From contig CALKGV010000081.1 in the NCBI GenBank assembly GCA_938091805.1, forward strand, positions 1 through 48,461: 48,461 nucleotides of DNA, written 5' to 3'. Below are positions 48,322 to 48,461 of the stretch, piece after piece. Position numbers and translations under genes: made by a program. Origin of the DNA: an uncultured archaeon (GTDB lineage Archaea; Thermoproteota; Bathyarchaeia; Bathyarchaeales; DTEX01). Within the stretch, counting starts at the first letter, position 1; each line of letters starts with the position of its first letter. The notes beneath the pieces were generated by a model that saw only the letters and a program-made list of their open reading frames with translations, ran no database searches and had not been told where the DNA came from.

Positions 48322-48461
48322 GGGCTTGTAGAAAAACTTTTGGGTGTGTTTTGGTCTCTTTCATTTGCCATGGTTAAGTATAGCTTTAATGCTGGGTGGC
48401 GTGGGAGGGATGCTGCCTACAACAACGCGCTGAGGGCTCTTCTAGGAGTCTTATTCCCCTT
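48322..48461 (+). mobile_element. Left end of an IS5-family (IS903-like) element, cut by the window edge
   Basis: TIR-like GGGCTTGTAGAAAAACT. ATG 48370 gives MVKYSFNAGWRGRDAAYNNALR, resembling the RDWxxYNxxL N-terminus (probably degenerate). Confidence 0.6.

Noticed and set aside
1-48461. CRISPR array, rRNA, prophage or integrase
   Set aside because: No regularly spaced repeats, rRNA-like tracts or viral/integrase motifs were seen by eye.

Overview
This is an archaeal chromosomal window, most consistent with Bathyarchaeia/TACK (inference from SmAP3, Alba, eS1, DUF2070, a ribophorin-I-like gene, cdrS-ftsZ2, the methanogen-type homocysteine module and a two-intron tRNA). Bases 1-~9250 form a decayed accessory region around tRNA-Pro(CGG). 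It holds three intact genes (an IgGFc-binding-like surface protein, GH43, GH2) among fragments of AOR, URO-D-like, VapBC and secreted-protein genes, plus IS5-family and IS200/IS605 remnants and a possible IS110 end. The rest is mostly housekeeping: PAC2, SmAP3, GlmU-like, TrxB, archease, homocysteine operon, RPA, Alba, PyrG, PFK, SerS, eS1, HDAC, AsnB-like, PurB, MtaB, FtsZ, MetG. Items missing from the ORF track: a tRNA-Arg(TCG) with two introns whose BHB motifs overlap; Sec61beta; CdrS; two MITEs sharing one 13-bp target between the serS and rps3ae promoters; an internally deleted IS605 keeping both ends and the TnpB guide-RNA region; and a second TnpB remnant whose right end supplies a host stop codon. 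No CRISPR array or rRNA was seen. I found no single clearly novel multi-gene system. The best leads are the orphan RNA-guide remnants, the ribophorin-I-like protein, the Cys-less AsnB/HDAC pair and a divergent Sm protein. All family calls come from motif reading by eye, not database searches.
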